64,000 nt of DNA from Candidatus Fervidifonticultor secundus (GTDB taxonomy: Bacteria > Sysuimicrobiota > Sysuimicrobiia > Sysuimicrobiales > Humicultoraceae): NCBI GenBank assembly GCA_031459385.1, contig JAVKIP010000009.1:32001-96000 (forward strand). The letters are read 5' to 3'. The notes under the pieces are model-generated. The model worked only from the letters and a program-made list of their open reading frames with translations, was not told the origin of the DNA and searched no databases. Shown here piece after piece: positions 46,104 through 54,459 of this stretch (position 1 is its first letter; every line of letters starts with the position of its first letter). The position numbers and the translations under genes were made by a program.

Positions 46104-48446
46104 ATGCCAACCAGGTGGTTCGGCGCGCGGATCCCCCGCAACGAGGACCCGCGCCTGCTCACGGGCCACGGTACCTACATCGACGACGTCCAGCTCCCGG
46201 GCCTGCTGCACGCGGCCTTCTACCGGAGCCCGCACGCGCACGCGCGCATCCTGCGCGTGGACGTGGCCCGGGCCCGGGCCCACCGCGGCGTGGCCGCGGT
46301 CTTCACCGCGGCCGACCTGCCGCCGGCGATCCGCGGGCCCCTGCCCCGGCTGATCCCCCATCCCGCGCTGGTCCACCACAAGACCCAGGTGGCCCTGGCC
46401 GCCGACGTGGTCCGGCACGTCGGCGAGCCCGTGGTCATGGTGGTCGCGGAGAGCCGCTACGCGGCGGAGGACGCCGTGGACCTGGTCGAGGTCGCGTTCG
46501 AGCCGCTGCCGGCCGTGGTCGACCTGGAGGAGGCAGCCCGGCCGGGCAGCGCGCGCGTGCACGACGACACACCCGACAACATCGCGGCCCACTACATCCA
46601 GCGTGTCGGCGACCCGGAGGCGGCGTTCGCGCGAGCAGCGCACGTCTTCCGCGAGCGGTTCGTCGTCGACCGCGGGGCCTCGTCCCCGATCGAGACCCGC
46701 GGGGTGGTGGCGCAGTGGGACGCCAGGACCCGTCAACTCGTGGTCTGGGACACCACGCAGGCGCCCATCCGCATCCGGAACTTCCTCAGCGCGCTGTTCG
46801 GCCTCTCGCTCAACGACGTCCGGGTCATCGCGCCGGAGGTCGGCGGCGGCTTCGGGCCGAAGATCATGATGTGCTACCCGGAAGAGATCGCGGTACCCCA
46901 CGCTGCCATGGTCCTGGGGCGGCCGGTCAAATGGATCGAGGACCGGCGCGAGCACTTCGTCGCCACCAACCACGAGCGGCTGCAGGTCTACGACGCGGCC
47001 ATCGCGGTGGACGGCGACGGGCGCATCGAGGGGGTCCGGGTCGTCTTCCTGCACGATACGGGCGCCTACATCGCCTACGGGCTGATCGTGCCCATCGTGG
47101 CCAGCACCACGCTCCCGGGACCTTACCGCATCCCCCACTACCACGCCGAGTTCAAGGCGGTCTTCACCAACAAGACGCAGGTGAGTCCCTACCGCGGCGC
47201 GGGCCGGCCCCACGGCGTCTTCGTAATGGAGCGCCTGATGGACCGGGTGGCCCGGGAGCTGGGGCTCGACCGCGCCGAGGTGCGGCGGCGCAACCTGCTC
47301 CAGCCCGACGACTTCCCCTACGACGTCGGCCTGATCTACCAGGACAACGCGCCCCTCATCTACGACAGCGGCGACTACCCGGCGGTGCTGGAGAAGACGC
47401 TGGCGATGATCGGCTACCGCGACTGGCCGGAGGTGAAAGCGCGGGCCGCGCGGGAGGGCCGGCGCCTGGGGCTCGGGCTCGCCATGTACGTCGAAGGCAC
47501 CGGCATCGGCCCCTACGAGGGGTGCCGGGTCACCGTGGAGCCCTCGGGGAAGGTGTTCGCCGCCACCAGTGTGGGCACCCAGGGCCAGGGGCACTACACG
47601 GCGTTCGCGCAGATCATCGCCGACGCCCTGGGCGTGGACGTGCGCGACGTCAGCGTCACCACTGGCGACACCGGCGCGTTCAACTGGGGCACCGGCACGT
47701 TCGCCAGCCGGGCTGCGGTCGTCGCGGGCAACGCGGTGGCCCTGGCCGCCCAGGCGGTGCGCGAGAAGACGCTGACGGTCGCCGCCACCCTGCTGGAAGC
47801 CAGCCGGGACGACCTGGAGCTGGCGGACGGCAGGGTGTTCGTGCGGGGCGCACCTGCACGCGCCGTCACGCTGGGCGAGGTAGCTGCGGCGGCCAACCCT
47901 CTGCGGGGCGTGATCCCCAGGGAGTGGGAGGGACCAGGCCTGGAGGCCTCGCGCTACTTCGCCCCGCCGCGCGGCACGTTCGCGGCGGGCTGCCACGCCG
48001 CCGTGCTGGAGGTCGACGTCCCGACCGGCATGGTGCGCATCGTGCGCTACGTCGTCGTGCACGACTGCGGCCCCGTGATCAACCCCATGATCCTCGAGGG
48101 CCAGATCCGGGGCGGCGTGGTGCAGGGCATCGGCGGCGCGTTCTACGAACGCCTGGTCTACGACGACACCGGGCAGCTGCTGACCCAGACGTTCATGGAC
48201 TACCTGCTGCCGACGATCGCGGAGGTGATCCCCATCGAGATCGCCCACATCGAGACGCCGTCGCCCCTGAACCCTCTGGGCGTCAAGGGCGCCGGGGAAG
48301 CCGGGGTCATTCCGGTGCCGGCGGTCTTCGCCTCGGCGCTGGACGACGCGCTCGGCACCTGGATCACCGAGATGCCGCTGTCGCCCGCGCGGGTGCGCGA
48401 GCTGGCGGCCCAGGCGGCGCCGGTGCCTGCGGGAGGCCGGCGGTGA
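46104..48446 (+). CDS. Xanthine dehydrogenase family Mo-binding large subunit (not form I CODH)
   Basis: ATG after GGAGG; EDPRLLTG, GGGFGPK, SPYRGAGRP, QGQGH, GVKGAGEAG. Confidence 0.92.
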   Translation: MPTRWFGARIPRNEDPRLLTGHGTYIDDVQLPGLLHAAFYRSPHAHARILRVDVARARAHRGVAAVFTAADLPPAIRGPLPRLIPHPALVHHKTQVALAADVVRHVGEPVVMVVAESRYAAEDAVDLVEVAFEPLPAVVDLEEAARPGSARVHDDTPDNIAAHYIQRVGDPEAAFARAAHVFRERFVVDRGASSPIETRGVVAQWDARTRQLVVWDTTQAPIRIRNFLSALFGLSLNDVRVIAPEVGGGFGPKIMMCYPEEIAVPHAAMVLGRPVKWIEDRREHFVATNHERLQVYDAAIAVDGDGRIEGVRVVFLHDTGAYIAYGLIVPIVASTTLPGPYRIPHYHAEFKAVFTNKTQVSPYRGAGRPHGVFVMERLMDRVARELGLDRAEVRRRNLLQPDDFPYDVGLIYQDNAPLIYDSGDYPAVLEKTLAMIGYRDWPEVKARAAREGRRLGLGLAMYVEGTGIGPYEGCRVTVEPSGKVFAATSVGTQGQGHYTAFAQIIADALGVDVRDVSVTTGDTGAFNWGTGTFASRAAVVAGNAVALAAQAVREKTLTVAATLLEASRDDLELADGRVFVRGAPARAVTLGEVAAAANPLRGVIPREWEGPGLEASRYFAPPRGTFAAGCHAAVLEVDVPTGMVRIVRYVVVHDCGPVINPMILEGQIRGGVVQGIGGAFYERLVYDDTGQLLTQTFMDYLLPTIAEVIPIEIAHIETPSPLNPLGVKGAGEAGVIPVPAVFASALDDALGTWITEMPLSPARVRELAAQAAPVPAGGRR

Positions 48447-48501
48447 AGTGGGCACGCGACCTGGCCGTCCGTGCGGCGCCGGTGTGCGCGGGGGGCCCGC
48501 G

Positions 48502-49371
48502 GTGAAGCCGGCGCCGTTCCAGTACCTGGCCCCCCGCAGCCGCGCGGAGGCGCTGGACGCGCTGCGCCGGTTCGGGCCCGACGCGAAGGTCCTGGCCGGC
48601 GGACAGAGCCTGGTGCCGCTGCTGGCGATGCGGCTGGCCCGGCCCGCAGTGATCGTCGACATCAACCGCGTGCCCGACCTGGCGTTCATCCGCGCCGCGC
48701 GCGGTGCGGTCGCCATCGGCGCGATGACGCGACAGCGGGCCGCGGAGGCTCACCCGCTGGTGGCCGGGCGGCTGCCCCTGCTGCGCGAGGCCCTGCGGTG
48801 GATCGGCCACCCGCAGATCCGGACCCGCGGCACGGTCGGCGGCAGCCTGGCGCACGCCGATCCCGCGGCGGAACTGCCCGCCGTGGCGTCGGTGCTCGGC
48901 GCGACGTTCGTGGTGGCCAGCACGCGCCGCCGGCGCACGCTGCGGTGCGAGGAGTTCTTCACCGGATACCTGACCACGGCGCTCGAGCCCGACGAGTTGC
49001 TCACCGAGGTCCGCTTCCCGCTGCCGCCCGCGGGCGCGGGCTGGGCGTTCCAGGAGGTCGCGCGGCGCCACGGGGACTTCGCGCTGGTCGGTGTCGCGGC
49101 GCTGGTGCGGCTCGACGGCGACCGCCGGTGCGCCGAGGCGCGGCTGGCGTTCATCGGCGTCGGGCCCGGGCCCGTGCGGGTGCCGGACGCCGAGGCGCTG
49201 CTCGCCGGGCGCGCGCTGACGCCGCAGGCCGTCGAGGAAGCGGGGCGCGCGGTCTCGGCCGCGCTCGAGCCCGAAGGTGACATCCACGCCAGCGCCGACT
49301 ACCGCAAGCACGTGGCCGGGGTCCTGGCGGCGCGGGCGCTGCTGCAGGCGGCAGAGAGGGTGCAGGCATGA
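48502..49371 (+). CDS. Mo-hydroxylase FAD subunit (CoxM/CutM-like)
   Basis: [40 protein letters not shown]. Confidence 0.92.
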   Translation: MKPAPFQYLAPRSRAEALDALRRFGPDAKVLAGGQSLVPLLAMRLARPAVIVDINRVPDLAFIRAARGAVAIGAMTRQRAAEAHPLVAGRLPLLREALRWIGHPQIRTRGTVGGSLAHADPAAELPAVASVLGATFVVASTRRRRTLRCEEFFTGYLTTALEPDELLTEVRFPLPPAGAGWAFQEVARRHGDFALVGVAALVRLDGDRRCAEARLAFIGVGPGPVRVPDAEALLAGRALTPQAVEEAGRAVSAALEPEGDIHASADYRKHVAGVLAARALLQAAERVQA

Positions 49372-49994
49372 GGCGAACACGGAAGACCGCGCCGCGCGCG
49401 GTCAGGCGGAGACTGCAGCCGGTCGCGCAGGCCGAGGTGCGCGTGCGCATCAACGGTACGGAGGTCGTGCGCACGGTCGAGGTCCGGCGTACGCTGGCCG
49501 ACTTCATCCGCGAGGACGCCGGTCTCACCGGCACCCACCTGGGCTGCGAGCACGGCGTGTGCGGGGCCTGCACGGTGCTGCTCGATGGCGAGCCGGTGCG
49601 CTCGTGCCTGCTGTTCGCCGTGCAGGCCGACGGCCACGAGATCACCACCGTCGAGGCCCTGGGCACGCCCGAGCACCTCTCGCCGCTGCAGCAGGCGTTC
49701 CGCGACTACCACGCGCTGCAGTGCGGCTTCTGCACGCCGGGCTTCCTGATGAGCGCGCACGCGCTGCTGCGCGACAACCCGCATGCCTCCGATGAGGAGA
49801 TCCTGGAGGTGCTGGCCGGGCACCTGTGCCGGTGCACCGGGTACACGACGATCTTCGACGCCGTGCGGGCGGCAGCCGGGCGGCCGCCCGGCCCGCCTCC
49901 GGCGGAGCCCTGGCCGGCCCCCGCGGAGTCCGGGCCAGCGCTGGCCGGCCCGACGACGGCGCTCGGGGGGTCCGGGCCGCCGCATGGGGAGTGA
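49368..49994 (+). CDS. Mo-hydroxylase 2Fe-2S subunit
   Basis: [26 protein letters not shown]. Confidence 0.92.
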   Translation: MRRTRKTAPRAVRRRLQPVAQAEVRVRINGTEVVRTVEVRRTLADFIREDAGLTGTHLGCEHGVCGACTVLLDGEPVRSCLLFAVQADGHEITTVEALGTPEHLSPLQQAFRDYHALQCGFCTPGFLMSAHALLRDNPHASDEEILEVLAGHLCRCTGYTTIFDAVRAAAGRPPGPPPAEPWPAPAESGPALAGPTTALGGSGPPHGE

Positions 49995-51033
49995 GGCCAC
50001 GCGGGTTCGCCTCGTGCTGCCCGCGCTGCAGATGGCCGCGCCGCTCGTGGCGCTGAGGCCCGGCGGATCCCGCGTGGTGGCCGAGGTCCGCGTGCTGGCC
50101 GCCTTTCGGCGCAGCGTCTACCTCGCCCTCGACGCCACCACCCCGGACGATCCTTGCCGCCCGCCAGGCTGGTTGCCCGTTCCGCAAAACGGTCCGTTTG
50201 TTCGGGCGGGCCGTCTGCCGGTCCGGACGGCCGGTCTCCCGATCCCGCTCGTCGCGCTCACCTCGGCCGGGCTCGAGCCGGGGCCGTTCAGCATCACGGT
50301 GGCCGGCTTCGAGGAACTGCGGGCTGCGGTGGAGGCTGGCGCGCGCACCGCCCGGCTCCACCCCGGTGTGCTGACGGCAGGCGACGTGGCGGTGGACCTG
50401 CGCGCCGCAGCGGTATGGGATCCGACACTATCGCGGCCCTGGGGCGCCGGTGATGCGCCGTGGTCGCTGGCTGCCCGCGCAGCGGTCGAGCGGGTGCTGG
50501 CAGAGGCCGCGCCACGGGAGAGCCTGGCGGGGCTTCTCTTCCGGGACGCTGGCGGGTACGCCCGGACCCTGGAACCCTTCGCCCGTGCCCTCGACGCCCT
50601 CGACACACTGCTGCAGCAGCCCGACGCCCCGGCCGCCACCCTCGCCGCAGCGACCGACGTCGCCGGACGCGGGCCAGGCCTGACCCCCTCCGGCGACGAC
50701 CTGCTGTGCGGTGTGCTGCTGGCCACGTGGGCCTGGCCCGGCCTGGTCGCCGCCGGGCGCGCCGAGACGCTGCGCGCGCACCTGGCCGGGGCGGCCGTCC
50801 CGCAGACGACGCGGGTCGGTGCCGCCTACCTTATCGCGGCGCGGCGCGGGTGGGCGCTGCGCCCGTGGCACCGGCTGGTGGGCGCCCTGGACGACGCGGC
50901 CCAGGCCCGCCGGGCCGCCCTCGACGTACTGGCCATCGGCGAGACCTCGGGCGCCGACGCCCTCACCGGGTTCTGCTGGGCGTGGCGGCGCGTGCCCGCG
51001 CCGCCTGCGGGAGCGGCGGGGCGGGCCACGTGA
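49984..51033 (+). CDS. DUF2877 (AllH-like) protein
   Basis: [16 protein letters not shown] and [12 protein letters not shown] motifs. Confidence 0.8.
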   Translation: MGSEATRVRLVLPALQMAAPLVALRPGGSRVVAEVRVLAAFRRSVYLALDATTPDDPCRPPGWLPVPQNGPFVRAGRLPVRTAGLPIPLVALTSAGLEPGPFSITVAGFEELRAAVEAGARTARLHPGVLTAGDVAVDLRAAAVWDPTLSRPWGAGDAPWSLAARAAVERVLAEAAPRESLAGLLFRDAGGYARTLEPFARALDALDTLLQQPDAPAATLAAATDVAGRGPGLTPSGDDLLCGVLLATWAWPGLVAAGRAETLRAHLAGAAVPQTTRVGAAYLIAARRGWALRPWHRLVGALDDAAQARRAALDVLAIGETSGADALTGFCWAWRRVPAPPAGAAGRAT

Positions 51034-52490
51034 GCGCGCGCGCGGGCCGCGGGAGCGCGGGCGCGGGCCGTGGGAGCGCGGGTGCGGGCCGTGGGAGCGC
51101 CGCCGGCAGGTGGGCCGGTCGCGACGGCTGGCTGCTGACCGTCTGCGCCTCCAGAGCGTGCACGCAACTGGTGTTCCTGATCTACCCCGCATGCGTCAGC
51201 GTGCTGCTACCCGCGTGGCGCATGTCGGCGGCGGCCGCGGGCTCCATCTCCACCGGCTTCCAGCTCGGCTTCGCTGTCTCCCTATTCGGGTGCTCGTGGC
51301 TTGCCGACCGCGTCGGCGCGCGCCCCGTCTACCTTGGCTCGCTGGGAGCAGCGGCCGTGGCGTCGGCCGCCTTCGCACTGTTCGCGCGCTCGTACACCTC
51401 GGGTCTGGTGCTCTACACGCTGGTGGCGGTGGCGCTGGGTGGCACCTACACCACCCTCATCATGCTCGTCGCCGACCGCTACGAGCCGGGCCGGCGCGGT
51501 GGTGCCGTGGGGTGGCTCATCGCGGCGTCGTCGCTGGGCTCGGCGGTCTCGCTGGGCTCGGCCGGGCTGGCACTGCCGCGCGGCGGCTATCCGCTGGCGT
51601 TCGCCGTGGCGGCTGGTGGCGTCGCCGTGGGCGCGCTGCTCGGGTGGACGGCGATGCGCGGTGTGCCGACCGTGGTCCACCGGCGGCGGGCAGGGCGCGG
51701 CCCCGACGCGACGGCGGCACCCGGCGCCGCGGCCGGGGCGGGCGACCCGGCGGCTCCGGCGCCCGGCCCTGTCATCGCGGCGCGCGGTCCCACCACTGCG
51801 GCTCCCGCGACGGAAGCGCGGAGTCCCACGCCTGCAGCGCGCACCCCCAGCATCGTGCGCCTCGTCGCCGGCTACGTCTTCCACAGTTGGGAGTTGCTGG
51901 CGATGTGGGCGTGGACGCCCGCCTTCCTCGCCGCCAGCCTGCGCGCCACCGGCGCGGCCGCAGGGCGCGCCGTCGCCGGCGCGTCGTACGTCGCCGCGGC
52001 GTTCCACCTGATCGGCCTCGTGGCCTCCGCCACGATGGGCCGGCTGTCCGACCGGCTCGGCCGCCGGGCTGTCCTCCTGTGGCTGGCCGGGGCGAGCGCC
52101 GCCTGCTCGTTCGCCATCGGCTGGCTCGTGGCCGCGCCGCCCGCGCTGGTGGCCGGAGTGGGCGCGCTCTACGCCTTCACGGCGCTGGGCGACTCGCCGG
52201 TCCTGTCGGTCGCCCTGACCGAGACGGTGCCACCGTCGTCGCTCGGCACCGCGCTGGCGGTGCGGTCGCTATTGGGTTTCGGCGCCGGGGCGCTGAGCCC
52301 GCTGGTCTTTGGCGCCGTCCTCGATGCCACCAACCCAACCGGCGTCCCGACCGTGTGGGGCTGGGCGTACGCGACGCTGGGTGCCGGCGGCGCACTGGCG
52401 GCGCTGTGCGCGCACGGGCTGCCGGCCGGCCCCGTCGCGCCGGCGGTCGGGCGTCCGCAGGCGCCGTACGGTCCGCCGGCAGACGGCTGA
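51030..52490 (+). CDS. MFS transporter
   Basis: LADRVGAR, HSWELLAMW.W, GRLSDRLGRR, GDSPVLS; GTGA overlap; N-terminal 21-bp repeats (AGRGSAG)x3. Confidence 0.9.
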   Translation: MSARAGRGSAGAGRGSAGAGRGSAAGRWAGRDGWLLTVCASRACTQLVFLIYPACVSVLLPAWRMSAAAAGSISTGFQLGFAVSLFGCSWLADRVGARPVYLGSLGAAAVASAAFALFARSYTSGLVLYTLVAVALGGTYTTLIMLVADRYEPGRRGGAVGWLIAASSLGSAVSLGSAGLALPRGGYPLAFAVAAGGVAVGALLGWTAMRGVPTVVHRRRAGRGPDATAAPGAAAGAGDPAAPAPGPVIAARGPTTAAPATEARSPTPAARTPSIVRLVAGYVFHSWELLAMWAWTPAFLAASLRATGAAAGRAVAGASYVAAAFHLIGLVASATMGRLSDRLGRRAVLLWLAGASAACSFAIGWLVAAPPALVAGVGALYAFTALGDSPVLSVALTETVPPSSLGTALAVRSLLGFGAGALSPLVFGAVLDATNPTGVPTVWGWAYATLGAGGALAALCAHGLPAGPVAPAVGRPQAPYGPPADG

Positions 52491-52713
52491 CGGCGATCTG
52501 GCGAAATGACGTGCAACGTTCGGGGCGTTGTCGTGCCCGACACCCTCTGTGTCGTGGACGTTCGGCCTGGATCGCGCTTGTGGGCAGAGCCCGCGCAGGA
52601 AGACCAGCTCCCACCCCCGTTGAAGCACGTTGGTGCCACCCCGCCACCGGCCACCGTCATCGCCCTGAGCGTGGACGACCGCTTCCTCTACGTCTCCTAC
52701 CTGGATGGTCTTC

Positions 52714-52848
52714 TCACCACCGGGCATAGACGACTTTGCCCTCCAGCACGGCTGGCCGCTCGATCGTGCCCGGAACCTCTTTTCCACGCGAACTCCTCGG
52801 GAGTCACCACGAGGATGTCCTTGGGGATGCGGAACCGGTGAAGCGCCA
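52714..52848 (-). pseudogene. Decayed minimal nucleotidyltransferase (MNT antitoxin-like) C-terminus
   Basis: ALHRFRIPKDILVVTPEEFAWK [frameshift in A-run 52780-52783] EVPGTIERPAVLEGKVVYARW*; N-terminal GSxxxG motif absent. Confidence 0.6.
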
Positions 52849-52971
52849 CTACTGGGCCCAGAGTCGGCGCGGCACGGAGCGCCCGCGCCGGGCGCCGGTC
52901 CGGCAGGATTTCTCTCGCAGAGACGCCCCTGCGCACCCAGGCAGCAGGTTCAGGTACCGGTGGCTTCAGCA

Positions 52972-53142
52972 GAGAAGCCGTGTGGCCTTCTCAGGGCTGG
53001 CATTGAAGCGCGGCGAACACCAACGTCCCCCGGTGGCGTGGTAGACCACGCGATCGCCGGGCGCGAGGGAGGGCCGGCGCGGAAACATGGCCGCGCGGTC
53101 GAGGGTGAGGCGATGCTGTCCGTGCACTTTCGCAAGCCAGTC
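52972..53142 (+). ncRNA. Putative structured RNA or IS-end remnant
   Basis: Nested stems 52972-77/52987-92; 52995-53001/53136-42; 53029-41/53046-61; 53072-82/53091-100. Confidence 0.45.
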
Positions 53143-53143
53143 A

Positions 53144-54088
53144 TCAGGCCCCCGCCGGCCGCAGCGCCTGCACCGCCCGCACCCGCATGCGCTCCGTCGC
53201 CCGCGCGGTCACGCGGCAGAAGGCGCAGACCTCGGTGGTGGTGGGCTGGCCGCAGTGCGCACACGCGCGCAGTTCGGCCGGCGCCGGGGCGGTGGCCAGG
53301 TGTGGCCGGAGCTTCTCGAGGAAGTTCCAGTACAGGTTCTGCTTGGTCCCGGGTGCGTCGCGTTCGAGAAGGTTCAGCGCCTCCTTGAGCCGCAACGAGC
53401 GGGCGCCGATGCTGTTGGGGCACTCGTCGACGATGTAGTCGATGCCGCGCAGCACGGCGTAGGCGGCGGTCTCGCGCTCAGCCAGGCGGTAGAGCGGTTT
53501 CACCTTCTTCACCAGGCCGGGGTGGGTGCGCTCGAGCACCGGCGCCTGACGCGCCAGGGCCTCGACCTGGCCGCCGATGAGGTTACCGAGCAGCACGGCA
53601 GCCTCGTCGTCGAGGTTGTGGGCCGTGGCCACCACGTCAAAGCCGTGGTCGCGGGCCACCTTGTTGAACAGGTAGCGCTTGGACAGGCCGCAGGCCGAGC
53701 ACGTCACCCGGCCGCTGGCCGCGGCCAGCTCCTCGATCCCCATGCCGTAGTCGGCGGGGAGGTCAGCGACCAGCAGATCGGCCCCGCGCGTTTGGGCGAA
53801 CGCCGCGGCTTTCTCCTGCGAGGCTTTCGAGTAGTCGCCGATACCCAGGTTGATGTAGAGGCCGGTGGCCTGGTAGCCCTGGCGCAGCAGGACGTCCCAC
53901 AGGGCCAGGCTGTCCTTGCCGCCCGAGACGCACACCAGCACGCGGTCGGCGCGGGTGAACATGCGGTCGCGCTCGATGGCCCGCTGCACCTGGGCCTCGA
54001 ACCAGTCGAGGAAGTGCGGCGCGCAGAACGCCGCGTGGTGCCGTCGCACCTCGACGACCGCTGTGGCCCTGCACTTGGCGCACCGTAT
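53144..54088 (-). CDS. ttuA: tRNA 2-thiouridine(54) sulfurtransferase TtuA
   Basis: N-terminal CAKC...C..H Zn finger, VSGGKDS, CSACGLSKRY, TAHNLDDE, ECP, C-terminal CAHC...CAFC; homology-based start is ATA at 54088. Confidence 0.88.
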   Translation of the reverse strand: MRCAKCRATAVVEVRRHHAAFCAPHFLDWFEAQVQRAIERDRMFTRADRVLVCVSGGKDSLALWDVLLRQGYQATGLYINLGIGDYSKASQEKAAAFAQTRGADLLVADLPADYGMGIEELAAASGRVTCSACGLSKRYLFNKVARDHGFDVVATAHNLDDEAAVLLGNLIGGQVEALARQAPVLERTHPGLVKKVKPLYRLAERETAAYAVLRGIDYIVDECPNSIGARSLRLKEALNLLERDAPGTKQNLYWNFLEKLRPHLATAPAPAELRACAHCGQPTTTEVCAFCRVTARATERMRVRAVQALRPAGA

Positions 54089-54092
54089 GGTG

Positions 54093-54290
54093 CTACCCTC
54101 CCCCCGAGATCACGGGGCGCAGCTCGATCCGCTCGCCGTCGCGCAGCTCGGCATCGGGCGTGAGCAGGTCGGCCCCGCGAATCACGAGGTACGCTTCAGG
54201 GTTGAGCTGCAGCCGCACGAACACCTCGCGCACGCGGCGGACCCCGTCGAGCTCCACTTCCTGGCGCTGATGGCGCACGTGGATGGGCAC
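54093..54290 (-). CDS. ttuB: Ubiquitin-like sulfur carrier (ThiS/MoaD family) TtuB
   Basis: 65 aa ending PVISGGG, directly upstream of ttuA. Confidence 0.85.
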   Translation of the reverse strand: MPIHVRHQRQEVELDGVRRVREVFVRLQLNPEAYLVIRGADLLTPDAELRDGERIELRPVISGGG

Positions 54291-54459
54291 GCGGCTCCCT
54301 CACCCGGACAGAGTCTGCTCCGATCTTACCCCAGCGGCCCGCGCGGCTGCCACACCATGCGGCTGGCTGGCGCTGGGCGCGGCCCGCCGGTACCTCGCGC
54401 GCAGATCGGCGGCGCAGGAGCCCGCCGGCAGCCGCCGCGCTGTGCCGGAAGGCAGGGCG

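Noticed and set aside
46104..48446. Second CO dehydrogenase
   Set aside because: Motif is PYRGAGR without the Cu-binding Cys and gene order is L-M-S; CO oxidation is unsupported.
51042..51100. 21-bp tandem repeats at the MFS 5' end as a CRISPR-like array
   Set aside because: No spacers; in-frame low-complexity AGRGSAG repeats; no cas genes.
53122..53147. Minus-strand CTGATGA...CGAAA as a hammerhead ribozyme core
   Set aside because: The 9 nt between the motifs cannot form stem II and the TGA is the ttuA stop codon.
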